Positions 28,639 to 38,226 of a DNA stretch of 64,000 nt are shown here, in pieces. The stretch lies in the sequence record PP488543.1, one strand, 5' to 3'. The translations under genes were made by a program, and so were the position numbers. The notes beneath the pieces were generated by a model that was not told where the DNA came from, did not search any database, and saw nothing but the letters and a program-made list of their open reading frames with translations. Source of the DNA: Escherichia phage BP9. Numbering within the stretch: position 1 is the stretch's first letter; each line of letters begins with the position of its first letter.

Positions 28639-28905
28639 ATGAAATTAACTCAGTTTTTATGGGGACTGGTTGCAGCATCTGATGACCCTACAAAAGTGTC
28701 CCAATCTAAGCTATGGTCAAACATAGGCATGGCAGTGATGACTGGGGTGTTTATTCATATGGGGTACAATGATACGCTTCCTGAATGGTATGCGTGGATA
28801 TACGCACCTTCGGTAGCCTGCCCCCAGCTTATTAGCAAATTCATCTCGCTCCGGTGGGGTTGCCAGCACCCTGACCACGTTAAAAACGAAGAGCAAAAAG
28901 CTTAA
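28639..28905 (+). CDS. small putative membrane protein (88 aa), function unknown
   Basis: Hydrophobic segment LWSNIGMAVMTGVFIHMGY and charged C-terminus; occupies the position where a Tfa would be expected but lacks Tfa motifs. Confidence 0.3.
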   Translation: MKLTQFLWGLVAASDDPTKVSQSKLWSNIGMAVMTGVFIHMGYNDTLPEWYAWIYAPSVACPQLISKFISLRWGCQHPDHVKNEEQKA

Positions 28906-28914
28906 GGAGAAATC

Positions 28915-30660
28915 ATGGCGCAAGACATGACAAGCTTCGAGCAGGCGGTAGATCAAGTAATTGTTGATTCTGAACGTTTGCACTTGATTGTCAACGGTAA
29001 CGCTGTGGATGAAGTTGTCGTAGAGGATGGGACCACTATCCCTACGGTACGAAAAGCCATGCTTGACACCCTTTATTTTAAAACGCCACCAATCCCTTGG
29101 GCGTATGGTGCATCCACAACAGTTTTTAACCAGTTGTATGAGTTTAAAGGGGATACAGGCACTCAGTGGTGGTACGCCCCAGCAGCATCAAAATCTAACC
29201 CAGTTAGGATGCCAGCAGATCCTTCACAATCTCCGAACTGGAGATTATATACAGATTCTGCAGTAATGGCAAAATACTACGCAAAACTTAACAGCCCAAG
29301 GTTCGAAGGTGATCCGAGAGCACCTACACCTCCAATGGACGATAAGTCCGAGTCTATAGCAAACACAGAGTTTGTTGTTGACTATGTGGATAGTATATTC
29401 AAAGCCATGGAGGGGATGAAAGTAACTGTAGGGTCTTTGGTAGTGAAAGGTCTTACAGAACTGGCTAACACCATAGTTGGTGGCACCCTTACCATACACG
29501 GGCCTGTTAATGGGGCTGATTCTACTGCACGCTTCAGGAACCTAATCCTTACTGCAAATACTTCTACACTAACTTTTGCGTGGAGCGATCCTAAGCATGC
29601 AGACTGGAGAAGCACAGAGCTGCAACCTCATGAAGTGGTCACCCACAGAGTTATAGCTGACACTATAACTTCTGGGAAACCAGTGGCTAATAACAACGAT
29701 GTGCATTTTGATGGTCTAGGTAATAACTTTTTTGACTACGTGTACATTCGTGGTAATGCCATGAAGGCAGCAACCGAACCGACATTGCAGGTTGATGGGA
29801 CCACCAGGGTTAAGAACCTTGAGGTGACAGGCACCGTTACAGGGATAACCTACTCTGTGGATGGCACCATGATCTACCCTAGCTATATTGAAAGCACAGG
29901 GGATGCACTGATCAATGGGGATTTAGAGGTTGGCGGATCTATAGTCATTCGTGGCACAGCATCTGTTCAGAACATATCTTTAAATACTCTGAGGGTGAAT
30001 GAGCGTGCCACTTTTGAAGGGGAAGGGCTTACTGCCAACAAAGGTGTGATTACCGAGCTGACAGCCACCACTCTAACTGCAACAACTGCAAACTCTGAAA
30101 ACTGCAACGTTACCCGCAACTTGCAGGTAAATGGAGATGTTAGTTTAAACGCAGCAGGTACGGGTACCACCTCTGTTCACAACCTTGAAATATCTGGCAC
30201 GGTGACTGGGTGGCTGCCAGACTTCTCTAATGTCAACTTTGTCTGCAACGGCATTAACTCTAGTGGTAAGATAACCACCTCTCAAGAAATTGAGGCTGGT
30301 AAAACTATTACTGCCCCTACTTTCCACGCAGGGAAGGTAGATTTTGATCTAGAGGAGGTTGACGCATCAGGTGGGACATGGACACCTAACGGGCAGGCCA
30401 GCATGTATGTTGTCCACGCGAAAGGGGATTTTACAATAGGCCAATGGCCTGGAACATCGGCTGAAGATAAACCTTACCCGTTTACTGCAATCATCTATGT
30501 CATTCAAGATGCTGTAGGCCACAACGTGACTTTGCACGATAAATATGCCATACTGTCGGCTACCCCTGTCATTAACAACAAAGCCAACAGCGTTACCTTG
30601 CTACAATTGACATATTGTGGTGTTGGTGATATTGTGGATGTGGTTATTGCACAACGTTAA
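28915..30660 (+). CDS. tail fibre protein (581 aa) with conserved fibre collar motif
   Basis: Motif APTPPMDDKSESIANTEFV matches the widespread fibre shaft motif (for example lambda Stf PTAPTALRGTNNTQIANTAFV); C-terminal region Thr/Gly/Asn-rich and beta-like. Confidence 0.6.
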   Translation: MAQDMTSFEQAVDQVIVDSERLHLIVNGNAVDEVVVEDGTTIPTVRKAMLDTLYFKTPPIPWAYGASTTVFNQLYEFKGDTGTQWWYAPAASKSNPVRMPADPSQSPNWRLYTDSAVMAKYYAKLNSPRFEGDPRAPTPPMDDKSESIANTEFVVDYVDSIFKAMEGMKVTVGSLVVKGLTELANTIVGGTLTIHGPVNGADSTARFRNLILTANTSTLTFAWSDPKHADWRSTELQPHEVVTHRVIADTITSGKPVANNNDVHFDGLGNNFFDYVYIRGNAMKAATEPTLQVDGTTRVKNLEVTGTVTGITYSVDGTMIYPSYIESTGDALINGDLEVGGSIVIRGTASVQNISLNTLRVNERATFEGEGLTANKGVITELTATTLTATTANSENCNVTRNLQVNGDVSLNAAGTGTTSVHNLEISGTVTGWLPDFSNVNFVCNGINSSGKITTSQEIEAGKTITAPTFHAGKVDFDLEEVDASGGTWTPNGQASMYVVHAKGDFTIGQWPGTSAEDKPYPFTAIIYVIQDAVGHNVTLHDKYAILSATPVINNKANSVTLLQLTYCGVGDIVDVVIAQR

Positions 30661-30668
30661 TATATCTG

Positions 30669-30694
30669 ACCGCTCCTGACGGGGCGGTTTTCTT
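30669..30694 (+). terminator. rho-independent terminator
   Basis: ccgctcc-tgac-ggggcgg hairpin followed by ttttctt. Confidence 0.6.
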
Positions 30695-30708
30695 ATCTGG
30701 AGAACACA

Positions 30709-33700
30709 ATGCTTCCAATCCCTTTGCTAAAACTTGGTCGTCATTTCCTCGATAAGAGGGGTGGAGTTAAGGAACTTGCTGTTCTGTCATACCCAATAGA
30801 CAACAGTGACGGTACAAGCACTACAGTAGCCTATGTAAATAGTTTAGCTATACTTTTTGACGACGGTCAACTTAATATTACAGGGTACAACAGGTTCGGG
30901 GAGTGTAGGACTGGGGATCTTGACACGATAAACTACCCTAATGAGGCTGCCTGGAACGTTGATCATGTGTGGAGAGCAGATCGTGCGTTTGTGATCCGAA
31001 CTTTTGATAATCAGTTTTTCTACATCGGCTGTACTGCAGGGCTTATTGGGTCTGATGCTGCAGGCGGTAATGATGTTTGTGTAAGGGAGTGGACACCTCT
31101 TCCTGAACAAATCGTTAAAGGATTGCACCTTGACACCCACCCAGAGCGCCTTGTTGAGGTGATGGGTGGTATTAACAACACCGTCTGGGTTATGGCAGAG
31201 GCAGAAGGTACTGGCATTTTACACCTGTACGGATCTGGTAACAACACCTACGGATCTTTGCATGTGGATAAAAACCAGCATGCAACTCCTGTAAAGATTG
31301 GTGAAACATCGGAAAATCCTGAAACAGGTCCTTGGAAAAACCCAAGCATCAACTGTGAGGTGCATGATAACTCTGTTATTTTCGGCGGTCCTAAAGGTTT
31401 CTGGATTGCGGGATACGACTTTCTGAGAAACAACAGTAGAAACGACCTTGTTTGGCCTCCTGCTCAGATTACTCGTGACGATTTGAGAGGTATTCCTGCA
31501 GATGAGGAGTGGAAAGGGTTCATGTGTGGTCCGAACGGGGCAGTGGTTGTAACACAAAGAATGCACAGACCTGATGACCAGCAACTTGTTAACGTATTCT
31601 ACGGGCAAAACATCTGGGGAGATGATACATGGCGTTCCTTAAATCTTACCTACACCCATGAAGTAATAATGGCGCGTGGGTACGGAACAAGCGGCATTTT
31701 CTTCAATAATGGCACTAAGCAGTACCGTGGATTCTCTCGCAACTTATGTAATGATATTGGTGCACAGTCTGCAAACAATAGCCCTAGGGATAATTTTATC
31801 CACTATCAAGCCCTTGCTACAGCTAAATATGTTGAGCAAAGACTGCCAGTCAGCTGGACAGAGAGTGTTTATTTCCAAGGCATTCACAGAGAAGGTTTTT
31901 TAGGAACTTTTACCGTTGTTAATGGTAAACTTTGGTGGTCAGGTATCCCAAGGGGAAGTTTTGCAGGCTCTAATAACCTGTTTGGCGGCAGACTTAATAG
32001 CCAAGGGTTCACGGAGGTCCCTGAGAATTGGTATAAAAATGTCCCAGTAGATAGTTGGGGTGTTGATGATATTTTCGACGTTAACGGTGTTAGCAGCGTT
32101 AGCAATATCTACATTGGCGACACGGTCAAGATGAAATTGAAGCCTCAGCCAGAGGGGGCTACGTTCATTATTGACAAGATTGAACTGGTAAATGCTGCAG
32201 GTACGGTTGTTACAGATGCAAATTACCAATTCTCTACCAACTGGAACCACGGCGGGGCCAACGAAGTTATTGTTACCCAGTATAACAGGAATGTTAACAG
32301 ACGTGGACTGTACTCCGTAAAAATAACCTATCATGACAAACATGGCACAGGCAGGACCCACACAACAAGGACTTTGAACTGGAACACTATTGTCCCTGCG
32401 TATCCGTCTGATGGTAAATGGCATACTGTCGGTAGAAACAAACAGTTCCATGTTAATGACACTGTATACTTTGGACTAAATGCGGCCCAGCCTGCAGTAG
32501 AAGGGGATACATCGTATATGGTCAGACTCCATAGAATGGATGCTGGGTCAGTAACCTATGATGTTACCCAAGAGATTTATAATCAGCGACGAAATACCTA
32601 TGATAACTTGGTGCAGACACAGGCCCTATGGGAGTTCAACCCAAACGGAAGGGGTGGTAAAATGTTGCAGGTCAACGAACAAAACGGGACATCGTTGACT
32701 GTTCACGAACACCCAAACCCTTGGCCTGATCCTGGAAAACCTAACTCTGGTGCTCGTACACTAAAAATTGTCAGCCATGACGTAGGATATTTCGGAATAC
32801 GCTGGGAAGCCACAGTAAGATATGCCGACGGGACAACAAACAATATAGGGATTACCCTTGGTGGCACCAGTGAGAATAACTCGCTGAAAATTGCCTACAC
32901 TCCTAGAGGTATTTCTATTGATAATATGGATGTTGTTCGCAACGGTTACGGGGATGTGAACATCAAAGTTACTCTTGGTGAACATCTTGGCGGGGAAAGG
33001 ATCATCATGTATGCCTTTGATCATGACCCTCGCACCAACGGAACATATGCAGACCAGGCGTGGAGCTACCTGATAAGCGCACCTGAGCCAAATACCAAAG
33101 AATTCTACTACGGTATGAAGCGAGATGTGTGCAAGAAAACAGGGACACATGACTGGATTGCGATCTGTGTTAAAGATGAACGTACCGCTTGGAACGAGCC
33201 TGTTAACAGATGGTTCATAGGTATTCCCACCCGAAGTGATAAATACGTTGAAGAATACATTGTGTGCATGGGCGGCACCAACCTTAATATGTGTTGGAAC
33301 GGGGATGCAAACAACAAATACTCTGATTATGACTATATGCGGGACTATTCTTGCAATCAGTGGTTTAACCAACCTGGATATGCTGATCGACAGGCAAGAG
33401 TGAATCCTGCAATCTTTACAGATACGCAGGTTTTCTTGACAAAACAGGCCAACGAGGTTCAGACCTTCAAGAACAAATACGACCCTAACAAGTGGTTTTA
33501 TAACTGTTATGGCGCATTTTTCTGGGGTCCTGGGGAACTACCTGGCGGGGGATCTTGCTTCGAGTCTGCAACTTACGCCAGTGACTACATCATGGGGCAG
33601 GTTAAGAAGTATAAGATAATCCCCGGCCCTGAAACTTTGGGCAATGCCGTTGACCCTTATATCGTCATGACTGCGCTGAGATCAAACATGGATGGGACAT

Positions 33701-36345
33701 CCATGTCTATGCAAATCCCAGTAACAAATGGGTACAAACGTGTTGTAATGATCATTAAGTGCGACCTAATAGGTAAACAAGTTCTTGCGGAAAACGGTAC
33801 CTCCACACATCCTTTTGAGATCGCTCTACACTATCAGTTTGCTGACTCGCCTTTTGCAGGTGATAAGAGAATATCTGATACAGATACACAGCGTTGTAAG
33901 AAGGTGTTGTTAGGTGCAGGTTGGTGGTGGTATGAATTTGATTTAACAGACAAATTCACCGACACGTCAAAAGTTGTAACGGGTCTTCGCCTAGACCTTG
34001 GCGAGAACATGCATAAAGCTGTTTGTGATGGCACCTATGGTGATCCTACAGTATATCTAAAGTATGTCTCTTTTGAGCATCCGGAAGATGTTGTTTACGG
34101 TCCAAAACTGAGATTGTTTGGCAGTTGGATTGCAAAAGACAGGGTAGGCATGGGTAAAAAGGTAAGAGGGTTCTTAGTTGATGCAGGAACAGAGGACATG
34201 CTGGTTAATGCAGTATGGCCTGAATTGCCCGGCACTCAGTGGGATAACTCTGCCAAATCTATAAACTGGTTCAACATTCACAGGGCTATGTGGACCACTA
34301 ACTGCTACTTGTGGAGAGAGCTTAACGATCAGGCTTTTGGCTTCAGCAACGGCAGAAGGATGGCAATCATTTGCTGGACAACGCTGCAAAGGTGCTATGA
34401 CCATGACTACGAGATTGGCGGTAGGGCATGGAAAAATATCAGGGATAGAATCATAACCAATTTTGCAGACGACAACGGAGGTGGAGCACATAACTTCGGC
34501 ACAAGTAGACTTATTCACTTGAATGGGTCATCTGCATATAAGAAAGAGGGTTATTCTGGGTCTATGATCGAGTGGGGTCTGGTGAAAGATGCTCGCGTAT
34601 TGATGGGTCAACAACTTGCTGCTGCAATAGGACCTAACGCAGTGCAGTCTGTTAAACCAGCGTGGTTCGATATCCCAATATGGTCATCTGGAACACCAGG
34701 AACTGCGGCAATCAACCCTACCACTGGGGATCTGGAAATCTCTTGGGAGGACTTAAAGCAGGTTGGTGGCTGGGATAAGACTGGGTACCAAGTGCAATGG
34801 TGGAGATCTGACGGATCGTTAGCGGCTGATGAGTTTGTTAAGGACAATTTCTACACTATGTCCTCTGCAAAAGCACAGCAATTGTTTGGTCAAGCAACTC
34901 CGTCAACGATCACTATGTCTATGTGCTGTAAAGATACCAGGACTGGAGCTCTGGGGCCAAGGGTTGCTAAAGTTTTCTCAGGTATTAAGTGGAATCTTCC
35001 TGTTCAAAGTGTTTCATGGAAGCAAATAGGTGATAACAAGCTACTGGTTACTCCTGCCTGCCAGTTCAACGCAACTCTCAACGTTGACCCAGCTGTTGCA
35101 GCAAACTCGGCTAGAGCTTCTGACTTCTCTGTGTCTAACACTGCCATGGCAGATGTGAGAAAGATTGACACACTGAATGCCAGAATTACCTGTAAAAACA
35201 CTTATGGCACATTCCAGATCATCAACAACTTTACAGATGTTGATTCTAAGGCAGTGAGGACAGCCAGCCAGACTATGCAGTTAGGCACTCTGGCATACTC
35301 TGCACTGATCACTGAACAGTCTCCTACCCTTCAGGGTGGGGGTGTTGGTAAGTTGATTACAACTCCTGTATGGAAGCCAAATGAGTGGGTTGTATTCGAT
35401 TTGACTGTGGACTTCTCCAGTGATAATAACTGGACATGGGTAAGGAATTGTTTGTCACAGCTGATGGGTGGCCCAAACTCCATTAGTGATAGCCATGACT
35501 CTACTGACCCGAGTGTGTTCCAGGTTGGTAAAACTCACCCAGAAACTGGGGCACAGTTGCCTGACAGGAAGTATGCTTTGGTTTGCATCTCCAACGGCAA
35601 GGCAGATGTAACCTTCTCAGGGACACACACATATAACGGCACTTACAACTTCTCTAAAAAGTACAGCCTCAAGGCAGGTAACATTGTAGACGAGGTTGGT
35701 GCGTTGTATAATCCGGGAAACGGGATAGGGATTGTAGGTGGTAAACTGCAGATGCAGGAACCTTCTATTACCCCTTCCAATGTGCCAGGAATCAGAAAGA
35801 CTTGGGAAAGTAGTAATACCAACATTGCAACAGTGGATGCCACCACAGGATTGGTAACATTTAAAGCTACTGGGAATGTCACCATAAAGTTTGTAGTTAC
35901 AGATGATGCAGGGCGCAAAACGTCTTCAACATCTTTTACTGTCAAACAGATGGCACCGCAGTGGAGAATGTGGATAGGTACAGCAACAAACGGGGCATAC
36001 CCTAATCCGGCAGGTACTTCTGGTATGAAGACTTTCTCTACAAGCAAACCGATGGAGTACGGCAGCGGTCCTAAGGTAGGGCAGATGGTGTACTTTGGTG
36101 CGTATATTCCTGAAATTATAGGGCTTCCGAGAAGTCAGCTTCAGTTGCTGTTTGGGGCTGGTGTTGACGATCTTGCCACTTTCGGGTATAGCGACAACAT
36201 CGAGGCTGCAAGGAGTTCAGGATGGGTAGGGTTCAGAATGGAGTCTGGAAAGGAAGGCAGGATTCTAGGGACAGCCTCTATAGGTGTTATGTTCCCTGGT
36301 GACCAGCAGTATCGTCTAGAAGCCTACGCAACCTTTTCTCGTTAA
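30709..36345 (+). CDS. giant virion-associated protein (1878 aa) with N-terminal RCC1-like beta-propeller repeats and a C-terminal Big_2 Ig-like domain
   Basis: RCC1-like repeats (ITGYNRFGECRTGD, YGSGNNTYGSLH); Big_2-like segment VPGIRKTWESSNTNIATVDATTGLVTFKATGNVTIKFVVTDDAGRKTSSTSFTV; last gene of the fibre cluster before a bidirectional terminator. Confidence 0.5.
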   Translation: MLPIPLLKLGRHFLDKRGGVKELAVLSYPIDNSDGTSTTVAYVNSLAILFDDGQLNITGYNRFGECRTGDLDTINYPNEAAWNVDHVWRADRAFVIRTFDNQFFYIGCTAGLIGSDAAGGNDVCVREWTPLPEQIVKGLHLDTHPERLVEVMGGINNTVWVMAEAEGTGILHLYGSGNNTYGSLHVDKNQHATPVKIGETSENPETGPWKNPSINCEVHDNSVIFGGPKGFWIAGYDFLRNNSRNDLVWPPAQITRDDLRGIPADEEWKGFMCGPNGAVVVTQRMHRPDDQQLVNVFYGQNIWGDDTWRSLNLTYTHEVIMARGYGTSGIFFNNGTKQYRGFSRNLCNDIGAQSANNSPRDNFIHYQALATAKYVEQRLPVSWTESVYFQGIHREGFLGTFTVVNGKLWWSGIPRGSFAGSNNLFGGRLNSQGFTEVPENWYKNVPVDSWGVDDIFDVNGVSSVSNIYIGDTVKMKLKPQPEGATFIIDKIELVNAAGTVVTDANYQFSTNWNHGGANEVIVTQYNRNVNRRGLYSVKITYHDKHGTGRTHTTRTLNWNTIVPAYPSDGKWHTVGRNKQFHVNDTVYFGLNAAQPAVEGDTSYMVRLHRMDAGSVTYDVTQEIYNQRRNTYDNLVQTQALWEFNPNGRGGKMLQVNEQNGTSLTVHEHPNPWPDPGKPNSGARTLKIVSHDVGYFGIRWEATVRYADGTTNNIGITLGGTSENNSLKIAYTPRGISIDNMDVVRNGYGDVNIKVTLGEHLGGERIIMYAFDHDPRTNGTYADQAWSYLISAPEPNTKEFYYGMKRDVCKKTGTHDWIAICVKDERTAWNEPVNRWFIGIPTRSDKYVEEYIVCMGGTNLNMCWNGDANNKYSDYDYMRDYSCNQWFNQPGYADRQARVNPAIFTDTQVFLTKQANEVQTFKNKYDPNKWFYNCYGAFFWGPGELPGGGSCFESATYASDYIMGQVKKYKIIPGPETLGNAVDPYIVMTALRSNMDGTSMSMQIPVTNGYKRVVMIIKCDLIGKQVLAENGTSTHPFEIALHYQFADSPFAGDKRISDTDTQRCKKVLLGAGWWWYEFDLTDKFTDTSKVVTGLRLDLGENMHKAVCDGTYGDPTVYLKYVSFEHPEDVVYGPKLRLFGSWIAKDRVGMGKKVRGFLVDAGTEDMLVNAVWPELPGTQWDNSAKSINWFNIHRAMWTTNCYLWRELNDQAFGFSNGRRMAIICWTTLQRCYDHDYEIGGRAWKNIRDRIITNFADDNGGGAHNFGTSRLIHLNGSSAYKKEGYSGSMIEWGLVKDARVLMGQQLAAAIGPNAVQSVKPAWFDIPIWSSGTPGTAAINPTTGDLEISWEDLKQVGGWDKTGYQVQWWRSDGSLAADEFVKDNFYTMSSAKAQQLFGQATPSTITMSMCCKDTRTGALGPRVAKVFSGIKWNLPVQSVSWKQIGDNKLLVTPACQFNATLNVDPAVAANSARASDFSVSNTAMADVRKIDTLNARITCKNTYGTFQIINNFTDVDSKAVRTASQTMQLGTLAYSALITEQSPTLQGGGVGKLITTPVWKPNEWVVFDLTVDFSSDNNWTWVRNCLSQLMGGPNSISDSHDSTDPSVFQVGKTHPETGAQLPDRKYALVCISNGKADVTFSGTHTYNGTYNFSKKYSLKAGNIVDEVGALYNPGNGIGIVGGKLQMQEPSITPSNVPGIRKTWESSNTNIATVDATTGLVTFKATGNVTIKFVVTDDAGRKTSSTSFTVKQMAPQWRMWIGTATNGAYPNPAGTSGMKTFSTSKPMEYGSGPKVGQMVYFGAYIPEIIGLPRSQLQLLFGAGVDDLATFGYSDNIEAARSSGWVGFRMESGKEGRILGTASIGVMFPGDQQYRLEAYATFSR

Positions 36346-36354
36346 CAAGGGGTA

Positions 36355-36389
36355 AATAAAAAGGGGCCGTTTGGCCCCTTTCTTTTTAT
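36355..36389. terminator. bidirectional intrinsic terminator between convergent gene blocks
   Basis: aggggcc-gttt-ggcccct hairpin flanked by an A-run upstream and a T-run downstream; lies between the 36345 stop (+) and the 36392 stop (-). Confidence 0.75.
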
Positions 36390-36391
36390 AG

Positions 36392-36592
36392 TTAGTAATA
36401 CTCCCAACATGCCCCATCTTCAGACGGCTTGACGCGCTTACCTTTATGGTCAACATAGGTATAGCCACAACCTTCACAAATAACAGGTGCTGCATAGCCT
36501 TCCTTCCACTGATCCTCAGTGATCAGACCTTCCAAATCTTTGCAGTCAAAGCCAAACAACTCTTCAGAGCAATCTTTACAAAAATCAGCCAT
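36392..36592 (-). CDS. small zinc-ribbon protein (66 aa)
   Basis: Two CxxC pairs (CKDC ... CEGC). Confidence 0.4.
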   Translation of the reverse strand: MADFCKDCSEELFGFDCKDLEGLITEDQWKEGYAAPVICEGCGYTYVDHKGKRVKPSEDGACWEYY

Positions 36593-36595
36593 TTC

Positions 36596-37042
36596 TCAGT
36601 CCTCGCATTTAACAAATTTTTCTACAGATCCACCAAGCACAGCTTGTTGTTTGATGGCACTTTCTTCATCATAGTGGATAGACTTATGTTCCGTACCTCC
36701 AAACTTACCTGTGTGGAAGGTGTGCACCCAAATCTCTTTAGGAAGGGATTTATTCTCTTCTTCCACCAACTCCCACATTCCCCATAAGTGATCTGTGATA
36801 TCTCTGATGAAATATCCCTCGCCGAGGTTTGTATTCACACTATAAGCTGATTCGTGATTTCCACAAATATAACGGAAGGCTGTGTACTCTTTACCTGGTG
36901 TGAAGTGAGTGTCCATTAGTATAGCTGTTAAAGAATAAGGGTCTCGAAAGCCCAAGAACTTTAGTTTAACAATTTCGACATTTACATCTGCAAGATTGTT
37001 CATGACGATCTCCTCTGTTTGGTTGGTGAGATAATCATACAT
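36596..37042 (-). CDS. hypothetical protein (148 aa)
   Basis: ORF tightly packed in the minus-strand block; contains a GNHE tetrapeptide but no other phosphoesterase motifs. Confidence 0.35.
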   Translation of the reverse strand: MYDYLTNQTEEIVMNNLADVNVEIVKLKFLGFRDPYSLTAILMDTHFTPGKEYTAFRYICGNHESAYSVNTNLGEGYFIRDITDHLWGMWELVEEENKSLPKEIWVHTFHTGKFGGTEHKSIHYDEESAIKQQAVLGGSVEKFVKCED

Positions 37043-37167
37043 AGATCTGATGTTGGAGTCAAGCTTAATTTTAAACGATTTTGGGGAGGTATTTTGTTCA
37101 GGAGGGTAATCACATAGGGTAGGACAATTTATGAAGGCACAGGCCTCGTTTGAGGCCTTAAAATCGA

Positions 37168-37548
37168 TTATGACACTTTGACGTAACGCTCTGACAGAGC
37201 TGGAAAGCCAAAAGCAGTACCTATACTACCGTATGCTACCCACCATTGAAGTTCATCGTGACACCATTTTCCGATCAGGAAGGTGCTGGGGTAGCGGGTC
37301 AGTATTTTGGCATAAGCTTTAGGGTCTGCATCTTCTGGGATAATGATACTTGGAACATCTTTGTTATGACCACAGCAGCAGTTTAGAGTTTTCAATCCTG
37401 CCGCCCATAGACTCATGATAGGCTTAGCCATGCACTTATCAAGGCACACACGTTTTTTGCCGTCACGGAGCTTTTTAGGCACATCAACGATAACATTTTG
37501 ATGCTTGGCACCTTTCACTTTCCAATTATAGGATTTACACTTGCACAT
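37168..37548 (-). CDS. Cys-rich hypothetical protein (126 aa)
   Basis: Multiple Cys/His (CKCK, CLDKC, CCCGH, WCH), probably metal-binding; family not recognised. Confidence 0.35.
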   Translation of the reverse strand: MCKCKSYNWKVKGAKHQNVIVDVPKKLRDGKKRVCLDKCMAKPIMSLWAAGLKTLNCCCGHNKDVPSIIIPEDADPKAYAKILTRYPSTFLIGKWCHDELQWWVAYGSIGTAFGFPALSERYVKVS

Positions 37549-37754
37549 TTAATCAGTCTCCATCTAGAAAGCAATACTTTACTTAAAATCTTTGTCACCT
37601 ATTACGATTGCACGAATCCACTCATTGTGATGTTCAATGGCGGCAAGGCGTAACATAATGCAGTGATTGTCATTACTAAACACGGTGCGGTAAGCTTTAG
37701 CAGCACCATGATATAACTTCCACATCAGGTAATGATATCTTCGCCTCATAGCTC

Positions 37755-38226
37755 TTACTCCGGTTCAGGATCTGGGTAATCTTCAATAATAAAGGGCCAT
37801 CCGTTCCGCTTAGCCTCAGACTTATACTCAATCTCCTTCATTGCAAACTCTAACTGATTCTTAGCCGGAATACATGCCGGAGAATCATCAATCCAGATGT
37901 CTGGGTAGATATCAAACTGCGCCAGATAGGCTGCCTTCTGAACACCTCCAGTATAAAACACACCAACATCAAGCTCCTTGCGCCAATACTCAATGTCTAC
38001 ATTGTCTTGAGTAATGAATCGGAAAGTCACAAGGTAGACTGTCCACCCCCTCCTTCTTCAGATCCCTGATCAGGCGGGAGAAGATGAAAGGGCTCGCATT
38101 AAATGTTCCATCAAAGTCAATGGCAATGATGTGTGTGCCGTGGCGTGTCTCATATGGATTGCTTGTGGTAAGATTGCTGTAGTTAAAAGGGACCTCTTCC
38201 CCGCAGTAGCTGTAGTCCATATTCAC
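37755..38226 (-). pseudogene. HAD-superfamily 5'(3')-deoxyribonucleotidase-like phosphatase, split by a frameshift at a homopolymer run
   Basis: Track ORFs 37990..38226 (N-terminal part with the HAD motif IIAIDFDGTF) and 37755..38030 (C-terminal part with IWIDDSP) overlap in different frames. Removing one base from the C5 run at about 38046-38050 (G5 on the coding strand) gives one continuous ~157-aa HAD protein reading ...LKKEGWTVYLVTFR.... Confidence 0.6.

Noticed and set aside
23446-30660. Invertible tail-fibre switch (Gin/Cin-type shufflon) or diversity-generating retroelement
   Set aside because: The two paralogous fibre genes are in the same orientation, and no site-specific invertase, inverted crossover sites or reverse transcriptase gene was seen.
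36596-37042. Calcineurin-like metallophosphatase based on a GNHE tetrapeptide
   Set aside because: The other phosphoesterase motifs (GDxHG, GDxxDRG) are absent and the protein is too short; the tetrapeptide is probably coincidental.
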